From the NCBI GenBank assembly GCA_022450865.1, contig JAKUOQ010000002.1, positions 1-63,954 on the forward strand: DNA of 63,954 nt, in the 5' to 3' direction. The notes under the pieces are model-generated. The model saw only the letters and a list, made by a program, of their open reading frames with translations. It was not told the origin of the DNA and made no database searches. Shown here piece by piece: positions 51,002 through 59,515 of this stretch. Numbering within the stretch: the first letter of the stretch is position 1; each line of letters begins with the position of its first letter. The position numbers and the translations under genes are program-made. This stretch comes from Nitrospinales bacterium. Lineage in GTDB: Bacteria; Nitrospinota; Nitrospinia; Nitrospinales; VA-1.

Positions 51002-51526
51002 TCAATCGATTGTAGGTGTGTTCATCAGCCGTGAGAAATAAAGCATTGGAAATAATTTTTTAGTCTTTCTAAAGATCTTCATCATGGCTTTACTGGGTTT
51101 GAGCCCCTTGGCAATTTTGTCGGGTTTGGCCACATACACAATCCCATTGATCATTAAGAAATCGTGGCGGTTGAAACGCATGACCTTCCGTTGATATTCA
51201 TTCGGGTGATCAAAAATTTCATCCAATTTCAGCACGAATTTTTCATCTATCTCATAGAGCTCGCCATGCATCATTCCAGCAGTATCAATGGTGGGCTCGA
51301 TATTCGCGTGACCTAGGCCTTCTTGTCCGTCATTATCTTTAGGAATTTTATTGAACACTCGGGTCCAACCCGACAAGCTAACAGAAGACTTGGAAATATA
51401 TTCCAGCCCACGTTCTTTAAATACTTCTTCATTGATCAATTCATCATAAGCAAAAAAATGGACAACATCTACCATGGGTTTTGGACTCCAAGCCTTGATT
51501 ATTTGGTTTAATTCATATACACCCAA
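51002..51526 (-). CDS. gamma-glutamylcyclotransferase (AIG2/GGACT)-like protein
   Basis: HFFAYDELINEEVF...GELYEIDEKFVLKLDEIFDHPNEYQR follows the GGCT-like pattern. The start is uncertain: TTG 51526, or ATG 51475 (MVDVVHFFAY). Confidence 0.6.
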   Translation of the reverse strand: MGVYELNQIIKAWSPKPMVDVVHFFAYDELINEEVFKERGLEYISKSSVSLSGWTRVFNKIPKDNDGQEGLGHANIEPTIDTAGMMHGELYEIDEKFVLKLDEIFDHPNEYQRKVMRFNRHDFLMINGIVYVAKPDKIAKGLKPSKAMMKIFRKTKKLFPMLYFSRLMNTPTID

Positions 51527-51709
51527 CTACACAAAGGTTAAAGCCTTGCTGGTGTTTGGGGATTATGATAATATCAGAAAATATCCCGTATTTGCATTTT
51601 GTATCAAGAATTTTTTCAGGGATGGTAATTCACGTACCCCAATTAATTCATAAAAAAATCCCTACGGATAAATTAAAAGATTTTATTTCATTTATTTAAG
51701 GAGTTACCT

Positions 51710-52042
51710 ATGTCAGCTGGTAAAGTGGTTATTGTATCTGATGGCGAATTTGAGCAAACGGTTCTTAAATCAGAAATACCTGTCATGCTCGATTTTTGGG
51801 CCGAATGGTGCCAGCCTTGTAAAATGCTCGCCCCCACCGTTGAAGAACTCGCCGGAGAATTTGAGGGTCAGCTTTTGGTTGGCAAGCTGAATGTAGACGA
51901 TAACCCCAACACGGCCACCACTTATGGAATCCGTGGCATCCCAACTCTCTTATTTATAAAAGGTGGGCAGGTGGTACAGCAATTGGTGGGCGTTAAGTCT
52001 AAAGCCGAATATAAAAAAGTGATAGAAGAAATCTTAGGATAA
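51710..52042 (+). CDS. trxA: thioredoxin
   Basis: FWAEWCQPCKMLAP active-site region, GIRGIPTLL cis-Pro loop and an AAGGAG SD. The active site reads CQPC rather than CGPC. Confidence 0.93.
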   Translation: MSAGKVVIVSDGEFEQTVLKSEIPVMLDFWAEWCQPCKMLAPTVEELAGEFEGQLLVGKLNVDDNPNTATTYGIRGIPTLLFIKGGQVVQQLVGVKSKAEYKKVIEEILG

Positions 52043-52067
52043 GATTTAAAGGTAGTAATAAATAAAA

Positions 52068-52098
52068 GCCCTTTCCCCGCGGTGGGGAAAGGGCTTTT
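52068..52098. terminator. bidirectional rho-independent terminator
   Basis: GCCCTTTCCCC-GCGGT-GGGGAAAGGGC (11-bp stem) flanked by an A-run upstream and TTTTATT downstream. Lies between convergent trxA and yidC. Confidence 0.85.
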
Positions 52099-52235
52099 AT
52101 TCTAATATACCGCAATCTCCGCACAGACCTTTTGAGCACTTGATCTACCTCGCTCATTCCCGTGTTAGTAAATCTGCACCAAAGACGCGATTGTATTTTT
52201 TCCGGGTTCACACTCTATGCAAACAGCCCTAGCAA

Positions 52236-53876
52236 CTAGTCTTTAAGAACCTTATAGATGTAATACTGCTGCGAGATAGTCAGGATATTGTTGACAGTCC
52301 AATAAATGACAAGTCCCGCGGGGAATGAAATAAACAAAAAAGTAAACACGATAGGCAGAAACATCATAATTTTTTGCTGCATAGGATCACCAACAGACGG
52401 CGTCATTTTTTGTTGTAGGAACATGGTAATACCCATGAGAACTGGCGTTACATAATAGGGGTCTTGCACTGAAAGATCGGTAATCCACCCTATAAAGGGT
52501 GCTCCACGAAGTTCAATTGAAAAAAACAGTGCGTGGTACAGTGCAATGAACACCGGTATCTGCAAGAGCATCGGTAGACAACCGCCTACAGGATTCACCT
52601 TATGTTTTTTGTATAGCTCCAGTAACTCTTCATTCATTTTCTGGCGATCGTCTTTGTTCCTCTCCTGAATTACTTTCACGTAAGGCTGGATTTTTTGCAT
52701 GCCTTTCATGGATTTAAAACTTTTATGCGTCAGCGGAAAGAACAATAGCTTGATGATCAAAGTCAAAAAAATAATTGACCAACCATAGTTTTGGGTTAAA
52801 CCATAAAAATAGGCTAGCACTTTTAAAAGTGGCTTAACAAGGAAGGCAAACTTGTTGCCAAACCATCCGTAATCGATCATCCGAACAAGGTTGTTACCTT
52901 TCTTTTCCAGAATTTCGAGTGCTTTGGTGCCGGCATAAAAAAGATGTGAGGCGGTGGCAGCCGATTGAACAGATTCATATTCCAACCCGACAAAAACCTG
53001 ATCTTTTTCCTTAAATACTATTCCCGCCTTACTCCCTTGCAGTGGGACCAGAGCAGAACCGAAATATTTGTTCTGGAAAGCAACCCACTTCAAATCACCC
53101 CGGTGGTAAGTAGTAGCATTCAAATCTTCTGGCGGATGCTCAATACGCTCATTGTTGTTAAAGACGGTAGCACCAGAAAAAACAATGTAATCGGTTTGAG
53201 AGGAAATTTTTCCACCCATTCCCGGTCCCAAGATAATACTGTATTGAAGGTTTTTGGCTGCTAACGGAGAAGCTGTAATACGCGTCTTAACTTCAACCGC
53301 ATAATCATTATGATGAAATTTAAATTCTCGAAAAACTTCAAGCCCCGACTCATGTTTTAGAGTGAGTGTCAATACACCTTCAGGGTTCGATTCGTCCAAA
53401 ACGATAGAAGATATTGAAGGTTCATAATAAGCATTTTGTAAAATAGAAGTGATTTCCGGATCGTCTGATTTTATAGATAACGCACCGGTTAAATTATCAG
53501 GGTTATTGATTAGGTCGATGACATCACCATCATCATTTCTATAACGCGGAAGGAGAATATGTTTTATAATTCCGCCTTTATTACTAAAAATGTAATGAAT
53601 TTCCCCTGCTTCAACCTGAATTTCTTTTTCATTTCCAGGAAACGGACTGGAAATAATTCCAGGCGTAGCTCCCGGTTGAAAATCAGATTGTTGAGGAGAG
53701 GTCAATGGTGACGTAACTACGTTACTCTGGCCTGGAGTGGGAACAGAGGGTGACTTCGAAGTTTTTGCAATATCCGTTTTTTTAATTCCCTGGGGTTCAA
53801 ATTGTGCCATGAAAGCTCCCCAGCCAATGAAAACTGCCAATGATAAAACAAAGGCAAGTAGCAATCTTTTTTCCAA
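52236..53876 (-). CDS. yidC: membrane protein insertase YidC
   Basis: 546 aa with an N-terminal TM helix, a large periplasmic domain and a conserved C-terminal 5-TM core (GGCLPMLLQIPVFIALY). Confidence 0.95.
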   Translation of the reverse strand: MEKRLLLAFVLSLAVFIGWGAFMAQFEPQGIKKTDIAKTSKSPSVPTPGQSNVVTSPLTSPQQSDFQPGATPGIISSPFPGNEKEIQVEAGEIHYIFSNKGGIIKHILLPRYRNDDGDVIDLINNPDNLTGALSIKSDDPEITSILQNAYYEPSISSIVLDESNPEGVLTLTLKHESGLEVFREFKFHHNDYAVEVKTRITASPLAAKNLQYSIILGPGMGGKISSQTDYIVFSGATVFNNNERIEHPPEDLNATTYHRGDLKWVAFQNKYFGSALVPLQGSKAGIVFKEKDQVFVGLEYESVQSAATASHLFYAGTKALEILEKKGNNLVRMIDYGWFGNKFAFLVKPLLKVLAYFYGLTQNYGWSIIFLTLIIKLLFFPLTHKSFKSMKGMQKIQPYVKVIQERNKDDRQKMNEELLELYKKHKVNPVGGCLPMLLQIPVFIALYHALFFSIELRGAPFIGWITDLSVQDPYYVTPVLMGITMFLQQKMTPSVGDPMQQKIMMFLPIVFTFLFISFPAGLVIYWTVNNILTISQQYYIYKVLKD

Positions 53877-53953
53877 ATCAAATCTCCACTTAACTAATAA
53901 GTATTTAGCTCAATACTACCTAAGCTTTAAAAACTAAGACCCTAAATACAAAA

Positions 53954-54166
53954 CTATTTTAAAGGGTCTGACCCTCCTTCGTGATAGGGATGGCATTTAA
54001 AAATACGGGCAACAATCAGAACCACCGCCTTAAACAAAGAATGGTGTTGTAGTGCCTGAGCTGCATATTCCGAACAGCTGGGATAAAAACGACAGGCCGG
54101 CAGTAAAAAAGGTGCTATCCAGCGTTGATACCCACGAACAAATTTTAGGAAAATTCGATTCAACAT
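53954..54166 (-). CDS. yidD: membrane protein insertion efficiency factor YidD
   Basis: YQRWIAPFLLPACRFYPSCSEYA and HPYHEGGSDP motifs. Confidence 0.9.
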   Translation of the reverse strand: MLNRIFLKFVRGYQRWIAPFLLPACRFYPSCSEYAAQALQHHSLFKAVVLIVARIFKCHPYHEGGSDPLK

Positions 54167-54207
54167 TGAGGACCTATTTCGGGCTGGGGAAGTCTAGAGT
54201 CGAGGAG

Positions 54208-54552
54208 TCACTTGATAGCCAGAAGGGCATTCGAGAGTTTTTCATCTATAACCTTGTAAGATTCGACAACCATTTCCTTTCCGGAAATAACAACAATGTC
54301 GGTTGCCGGAATCATCTGATGTTTCACCTGCCGAAATATTTCGCGAATAGCTCTTTTGACCCGGTTTCGTGCTACAGCATTACCAATTTTTTTTGATGCG
54401 ATAATCCCCAGTCTTTTCCTATTCAAGCTATTTGGAAGTGAAAAGATGGTGCATAGTTTTCCTACGCGATTTCTTTTCCCTTCGGCAAGAACTTTTTCGA
54501 ACTCGAGTCTTGTGGTAAGCCTTTCTAATTTACTAAACGACAAATCAGCCAT
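54208..54552 (-). CDS. rnpA: ribonuclease P protein component
   Basis: Basic 114-aa protein with the KKIGNAVARNRVKRAIRE (RNR) motif, 3 nt downstream of rpmH. Confidence 0.9.
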   Translation of the reverse strand: MADLSFSKLERLTTRLEFEKVLAEGKRNRVGKLCTIFSLPNSLNRKRLGIIASKKIGNAVARNRVKRAIREIFRQVKHQMIPATDIVVISGKEMVVESYKVIDEKLSNALLAIK

Positions 54553-54555
54553 TTT

Positions 54556-54690
54556 TCAGGCAGACAGGACTTTTCTTCCTTTTCGCCTGCGGTTAGCCAA
54601 AATACGTCTGCCACCTACGGTAGCACTTCGTTTTCGGAATCCATGTACGCGTTTTCTCTTGATATTGCTGGGTTGAAACGTTCTTTTCAT
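54556..54690 (-). CDS. rpmH: 50S ribosomal protein L34
   Basis: Hand translation gives [44 protein letters not shown] (44 aa). Below the ORF-track cut-off. Confidence 0.95.
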   Translation of the reverse strand: MKRTFQPSNIKRKRVHGFRKRSATVGGRRILANRRRKGRKVLSA

Positions 54691-54856
54691 GAATCTTTCC
54701 TTCTTAAAATACGAAAAACCCGCCTCACCTCATCAAATCAGAGAGTTAGTCATCCTTCATTATGAGGGAAATGCGGGAAGGTAGGCTGAATTATTTCACT
54801 GGCTACCGCTCTTGTCAAGCACTAAGCCACGACCTAAGACTAGAAATAGGTTAACT

Positions 54857-54884
54857 TCTGGAATTACCCCTCTGGAATTGCCCC
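54857..54884. repeat. tandem 14-bp direct repeat TCTGGAATTACCCC / TCTGGAATTGCCCC (candidate operator)
   Basis: 13/14 identical, head-to-tail. A third partial copy, TCAGAATTCC, is at 54912..54921. Lies in the divergent rpmH / radical SAM intergenic region. Confidence 0.6.
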
Positions 54885-54994
54885 CTTATGATACCTTAGA
54901 GCTTTTAATTTTCAGAATTCCAAAATTTGCCCATCTGCTAGGGGTCTAACTTTGTTTTCCCCGTTAGGGAGGAAAATGTTATCATTGTAAAACC

Positions 54995-56797
54995 ATGAAA
55001 ACATTATTGATTTTTCCGGCACAGTGGTATCCAACGCAGCCTTATTTGAGCACCCCCTACTTAACTGCATTTTTGCAGAACAAAGGGTGGGAGGTATCTC
55101 AAAGGGATTTCAACATCGAGTCGTACGACCACTTTCTATCTGCTCCTCTTCTGCGGCAAGCAGAGGAATTGATGCGAGGACGGCAGAAATCTTTAAAAGC
55201 TCAGAATTCTCTTTCGATCAAGGAAAAATCTACCCTGGACGTCTTGTCGATGGGCCTGAAATTCTCTGATCGCATCATTGACGGAGTAGAAGAAGCCAAA
55301 TCGGTGATGCGAACTCCGGAGCGTTTCTTCGATTTCGAGGCATACCAGCAGGCCGATATGGTCATTAAGTCCGCCTTGAAATTGGTATCCGATGCCTATG
55401 CCCCTGCTATTTTCAGTTTGTCTACTTTCGAAAGCGGCACCCGAGCCGAGGAGTCCACTCGAAAAGCTCACGAAACCACACGCGACATCGCCACCAATCC
55501 TTTCATTAATTTGTATGAAAAAAACCTGCTCTCTACTGAAAGCTGGCAGGATTATGATGTGGTTGGAATTTCTATAATAGGTATTTCGCAAATCATTCCC
55601 GGTCTCACGCTGGCAAGAATGCTAAAAGAGAAATATCCTCACCTGCATATAACATTAGGTGGTCCTATTTTCAGTGTTAACGCAGGTCAGCTAATCGGTC
55701 ACCCTGAATTTTTTGACGATTTTTGCCATAGCGTTGTCACCTTTGAGGGGGAAGAACCTATGCACCGTTTGCTTTCAGCTTTGAAAGCTGGTGATTCTCT
55801 TTACACCGTTCCCAATTTGGTACATCTGGATGGTAGGGAAGTCGTCCAAAACAAGGAGAGGGTGGAACTGAGATTCGAGGAATTGCCGAATCCGGTTTTT
55901 GACGGCCTACCGATGGATAAATATCTATCACCCTATCCCATCATTCCTGTATTGCAAAGCCGCGGTTGTTATTGGGGTAAATGCACATTTTGCACACATA
56001 GTTTTGTTTATGGTCACCGTTACGGAAAACAAAAGACTCAGGCGATGGTGGATGAACTGGAAAACTTAATGAAAAAATACAACACGAAATACTTTACGTT
56101 TTCCGATGAAGCTGTATCTCCACATTCTTTAAATGACGTTTCGGAAGAAATGATTGAGCGCGGAGTTGAAATCCGCTCCCTGGCCTTACTGAAATTTGAA
56201 AAGGTGATGGACGAAGACTTATTCGCAAAAATGAAAAAAGCCGGTTTCATCTTCCTCATGTTTGGTTTGGAAAGTGCAAATGATCGGGTCCTTGCTCTCA
56301 TAGACAAAGGAACAACCAAAGAAGTGGAACGCGATGTATTAATGAAAAGTCACAAGGCCGGAATTTGGAACCATTCGTTTTTGTTTTTTGGATTCCCCAC
56401 AGAAACGCGACCCGAGGCACAGGAGACCATCGATTTTTTAAGAAATAATTTACAATCGATTCACTCTTTTGGACCCGGAGTGTTTCTACTCAATCGCGAT
56501 TCAAGCTGTTACCAATATCCTGAAAAATTTTCCATCGAAAAAATCATTGAAGATCCTGACCGAAATATCGCTATGAACCTTGACTTTGTCGCGAAAGAAG
56601 GCATGTCGCGTGAGGAAGCAGTAGAAATGAACGACACCTGCATACGCATGGCAGAAGAATATTTCCAATCGTTAAAAGTATGGGGTACGTTGCCACGCGA
56701 ACATTTTCTACTTTATATAGATAAATTTGGAAAAGAAGCATTGAACGGCAAACAACCTCCTGCGGAAGAAGAGGAGAAGGTCCTTTGCCGCACCTAG
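54995..56797 (+). CDS. cobalamin-binding-domain-like (class B-like) radical SAM protein, paralog 1
   Basis: N-terminal Rossmann-like domain (LLIFPAQWYPTQPYLS...VVGISIIGISQ...HITLGGPIFS). Radical SAM core with SRGCYWGKCTFC (C-x4-C-x2-C) and FSDEA, and GLESAN motifs. Confidence 0.85.
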   Translation: MKTLLIFPAQWYPTQPYLSTPYLTAFLQNKGWEVSQRDFNIESYDHFLSAPLLRQAEELMRGRQKSLKAQNSLSIKEKSTLDVLSMGLKFSDRIIDGVEEAKSVMRTPERFFDFEAYQQADMVIKSALKLVSDAYAPAIFSLSTFESGTRAEESTRKAHETTRDIATNPFINLYEKNLLSTESWQDYDVVGISIIGISQIIPGLTLARMLKEKYPHLHITLGGPIFSVNAGQLIGHPEFFDDFCHSVVTFEGEEPMHRLLSALKAGDSLYTVPNLVHLDGREVVQNKERVELRFEELPNPVFDGLPMDKYLSPYPIIPVLQSRGCYWGKCTFCTHSFVYGHRYGKQKTQAMVDELENLMKKYNTKYFTFSDEAVSPHSLNDVSEEMIERGVEIRSLALLKFEKVMDEDLFAKMKKAGFIFLMFGLESANDRVLALIDKGTTKEVERDVLMKSHKAGIWNHSFLFFGFPTETRPEAQETIDFLRNNLQSIHSFGPGVFLLNRDSSCYQYPEKFSIEKIIEDPDRNIAMNLDFVAKEGMSREEAVEMNDTCIRMAEEYFQSLKVWGTLPREHFLLYIDKFGKEALNGKQPPAEEEEKVLCRT

Positions 56798-56846
56798 GGC
56801 CACTGCGTTGTAACAAATAAGTAACACTGTTAAACTTGAAATTAAT

Positions 56847-58658
56847 ATGAAAAACTTACTTTTATTTCCACCCGACTGGTTACCCTCAGAGCCGTACTTG
56901 AGCCTGCCTTCTCTGGCTTCGGTGCTGCGTCCCGCTGGTCACGATGTGGTGCAGATGGATGTCAATGTGGAAATGTACGATTTGTTTTTTAGTCGGCGAT
57001 TTCTGGAACATGTTGCCGGGCGCATCGCTCACGAAAGGCAGCACCTTCAGGAAGTTCAGGGACAACGCCAACTCGACGAAGAAGAACAGGAACTATTAGA
57101 GAAGTTACTGACCTGCACGCCGGAACTTTTTGAACAATTATCAAATGACGTTGAACGCGCCAAGAAAATTTTGCGCAGTCAGGCTTTTTACGATATCGAT
57201 CAGTTAGAGTGGGCCACCAATTGCCTGCATCAAACGATGGGTGTGATCTCTCTGGGTTATTACCCGGCGCAGATTTGTTTTCCACCCATCGAAACAGATA
57301 TCGTTTACAAACCGTTTATGTCGAGTGAAATTATTGAATCCCTCGATGACGAGCAGATCAATATTTATCGCGATGTTTACGATATGCTGATCCGTCCGGT
57401 GATCGAGCGTGATCGGCCGCAAATGGTCGGTATCTCGGTGGTACAGCAGAAACAGCTGATCCCGACCTTCACTTTCTGCAAAATGATTAAAGATGCCTTC
57501 CCTGAAACACATATCACATTGGGCGGTAACATCATCACCCGCATACGCGACATGCTCCCAGGAATGGAAAATTTATGGGAACTGTTCGACAGCGCCATCG
57601 TTTATGAAGGGGAGTCCGCTTACCTAAAATTGACCGAGGCAGTTAAAAACGGCGATGATTTTTCAACCTTGCCCAACTTGATTTATAAAGACGAAAAAGG
57701 AGTTCATGTAAATAAAGAAGTCTTTGCCGAATCACTTGCAGAATTACCACCACCGGATTTTGATGGACTGCCGCTCGAAAAATATTTTGTTCCACAGCTT
57801 ATTCTACCTTATCTCGCAACAAGGGGATGTTATTGGGGGCGGTGTACCTTCTGCGACCATTTTCAGGGTTATGTGGAAGGCTTCCGCACCAAACAAGTGG
57901 ACCATATTGTTGAAGAAATTAGTTTCCTAAAAGAAAAATACGGTACACGATTCTTTCATTTCACCGATGAATCTTATCCCCCTGCCTTGTTTACAAAACT
58001 TTCACGTCGGCTGATCGACGACAAGCTCGATATCGCCTGGACCACACATATGAGGTTCGAAGAATCTTTGCTTGAAGAACAGGTATGGAAAGATGTCGCG
58101 GAGTCGGGTTGCAAGTATCTTCACTTTGGTTATGAGTCGGGCAATCAACGTGTGCTAAAACTCATGGATAAGGCCACCAAACTCGATGCTATTGAAACCA
58201 ACCTGCGCATGTCTTCTGAAGCGGGTATTTGGAATCACTTGATGGGGTTTTTTGGTTTTCCCGGTGAAACCAGTGAGGAGGCAGACGACAGTAAAGCCTT
58301 TGTCGAAAAGAACAGCGCGCATATACATTCCCTCGGCTTCATGACTTTTGTTTTAGGGAAATACAGTCCTATCGCCTTCGAGCCGGAAAAATACGGGCTA
58401 ACTTATTATAAAAATCCGGAATGGGATCTGGCGTTGGATTATTACTTCACCACTAAGGATGGACTCACCATTCAGGAAGCTCTTGATGTGTTCGATAAAT
58501 TCGAACAAACCCACAACTCGAAATGGGACTTAAGAACCTGCGTCCGTGAATACATCTTTCTCTACATCGATAAATATGGCTCAAACCATTTACCGCAACT
58601 GGAAATGACCAAAGAGCAACGCCATCAAATGCAACAACCCGCCATCGGAATGGTTTAA
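56847..58658 (+). CDS. cobalamin-binding-domain-like (class B-like) radical SAM protein, paralog 2
   Basis: Same architecture: LLLFPPDWLPSEPYLS, MVGISVVQQKQ...HITLGGNIIT, TRGCYWGRCTFC, FTDES, GYESGN. The C-terminus IFLYIDKYG parallels paralog 1's LLYIDKFG. Confidence 0.85.
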   Translation: MKNLLLFPPDWLPSEPYLSLPSLASVLRPAGHDVVQMDVNVEMYDLFFSRRFLEHVAGRIAHERQHLQEVQGQRQLDEEEQELLEKLLTCTPELFEQLSNDVERAKKILRSQAFYDIDQLEWATNCLHQTMGVISLGYYPAQICFPPIETDIVYKPFMSSEIIESLDDEQINIYRDVYDMLIRPVIERDRPQMVGISVVQQKQLIPTFTFCKMIKDAFPETHITLGGNIITRIRDMLPGMENLWELFDSAIVYEGESAYLKLTEAVKNGDDFSTLPNLIYKDEKGVHVNKEVFAESLAELPPPDFDGLPLEKYFVPQLILPYLATRGCYWGRCTFCDHFQGYVEGFRTKQVDHIVEEISFLKEKYGTRFFHFTDESYPPALFTKLSRRLIDDKLDIAWTTHMRFEESLLEEQVWKDVAESGCKYLHFGYESGNQRVLKLMDKATKLDAIETNLRMSSEAGIWNHLMGFFGFPGETSEEADDSKAFVEKNSAHIHSLGFMTFVLGKYSPIAFEPEKYGLTYYKNPEWDLALDYYFTTKDGLTIQEALDVFDKFEQTHNSKWDLRTCVREYIFLYIDKYGSNHLPQLEMTKEQRHQMQQPAIGMV

Positions 58659-58735
58659 GGGACAACACCGCTTCACAATGGGTTAGAACCCTATAAACGA
58701 TATAAACCCAACCTTACAAAATTTAAAGAACGTTT

Positions 58736-59134
58736 TTATTTCTCACCATAAGGCACCACATTTTCATGTTCGTTAGGGTCGTTACGGGAAACAATAGCCA
58801 ACGCCGGTTCCGTATCGCTCAGGTTGACCGGTTTGTGCGGCACTCCAGGAGGGATGAATACAAAATCCCCTTCCTCGTTTATCATAGATTCTTTTAGGTT
58901 TTCACCAAAACGGGTTTCTACCCTGCCTTTAAGAAGATAAATCGCTGTTTCAAAATCATTATGGTAATGGGCCTTGGGCGAACTGCCAGGTGGGATCACC
59001 GTTAGGTTCATGGACAACCCTTTTGCCCCAGCTGTCTCTTCTGAAATACCAACGTAGTAGGGGAGATTTTGTTTGGTAGCAATCGCTTCTTGAGGACGAA
59101 CGGTTATAACTTTTCTTTTTAAATCCAGACTCAT
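58736..59134 (-). CDS. cupin-domain protein
   Basis: Cupin motifs PKAHYHNDFETAIYLLKG and GDFVFIPPGVPHKPVN. Confidence 0.8.
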   Translation of the reverse strand: MSLDLKRKVITVRPQEAIATKQNLPYYVGISEETAGAKGLSMNLTVIPPGSSPKAHYHNDFETAIYLLKGRVETRFGENLKESMINEEGDFVFIPPGVPHKPVNLSDTEPALAIVSRNDPNEHENVVPYGEK

Positions 59135-59186
59135 GATTCACCTCCTGTTGAGATGAAATTATACACCCGAATTTTATAAGGTATCC

Positions 59187-59510
59187 CTAGATCTCTATAT
59201 AAAAACCGTCGTCATGTGTTGCGACTTTGTAGATGGGAGTGGTATCTGAATGGTTCCACTTATCGTAGCCTTTTCTAATATTCCAGGCGTGTTCCTCTTT
59301 ACTGCAGAAGGCGAACATTCCTTTTAAAAATCCTTTTGCTAAACTTCCTTCGCAACTTTTGCATTTGTCGGAGATGCAATAATATTTCCCTTCAACATTA
59401 TAAAACGCCAGAATATACTTCCATTCTGTATAAGGATGTTCGAGATCGATTTGTCTTCCAGTTCCTTCTTCAGGTGCTTCGTCGAGTTCTAAAATCTTTA
59501 CATTAGACAT
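59187..59510 (-). CDS. Rieske/NirD-fold small protein with a non-canonical ligand pattern
   Basis: YYCISDKCKSCEGSLAKGFLKGMFAFCSKEEHAWNIRKG aligns to the Rieske pattern C.H..g.L..G.l.g....CP.HgW.F....G, but reads C-x2-C ... C-x4-H. Confidence 0.5.
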   Translation of the reverse strand: MSNVKILELDEAPEEGTGRQIDLEHPYTEWKYILAFYNVEGKYYCISDKCKSCEGSLAKGFLKGMFAFCSKEEHAWNIRKGYDKWNHSDTTPIYKVATHDDGFYIEI

Positions 59511-59515
59511 GGGGC

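Noticed and set aside
54800-54816. Sigma-54-like element TGGCTACCGCTCTTGTC upstream of the radical SAM pair.
   Set aside because: The GG to G(C) spacing is one nucleotide too long and the -12 element reads TTGT rather than TTGC.
54691-54994. Possible cobalamin riboswitch upstream of the B12-domain radical SAM genes.
   Set aside because: No B12-box-like sequence (AGYCMGGAGACCKGCC type) is present, and the region is only 304 nt and shared with the rpmH promoter.
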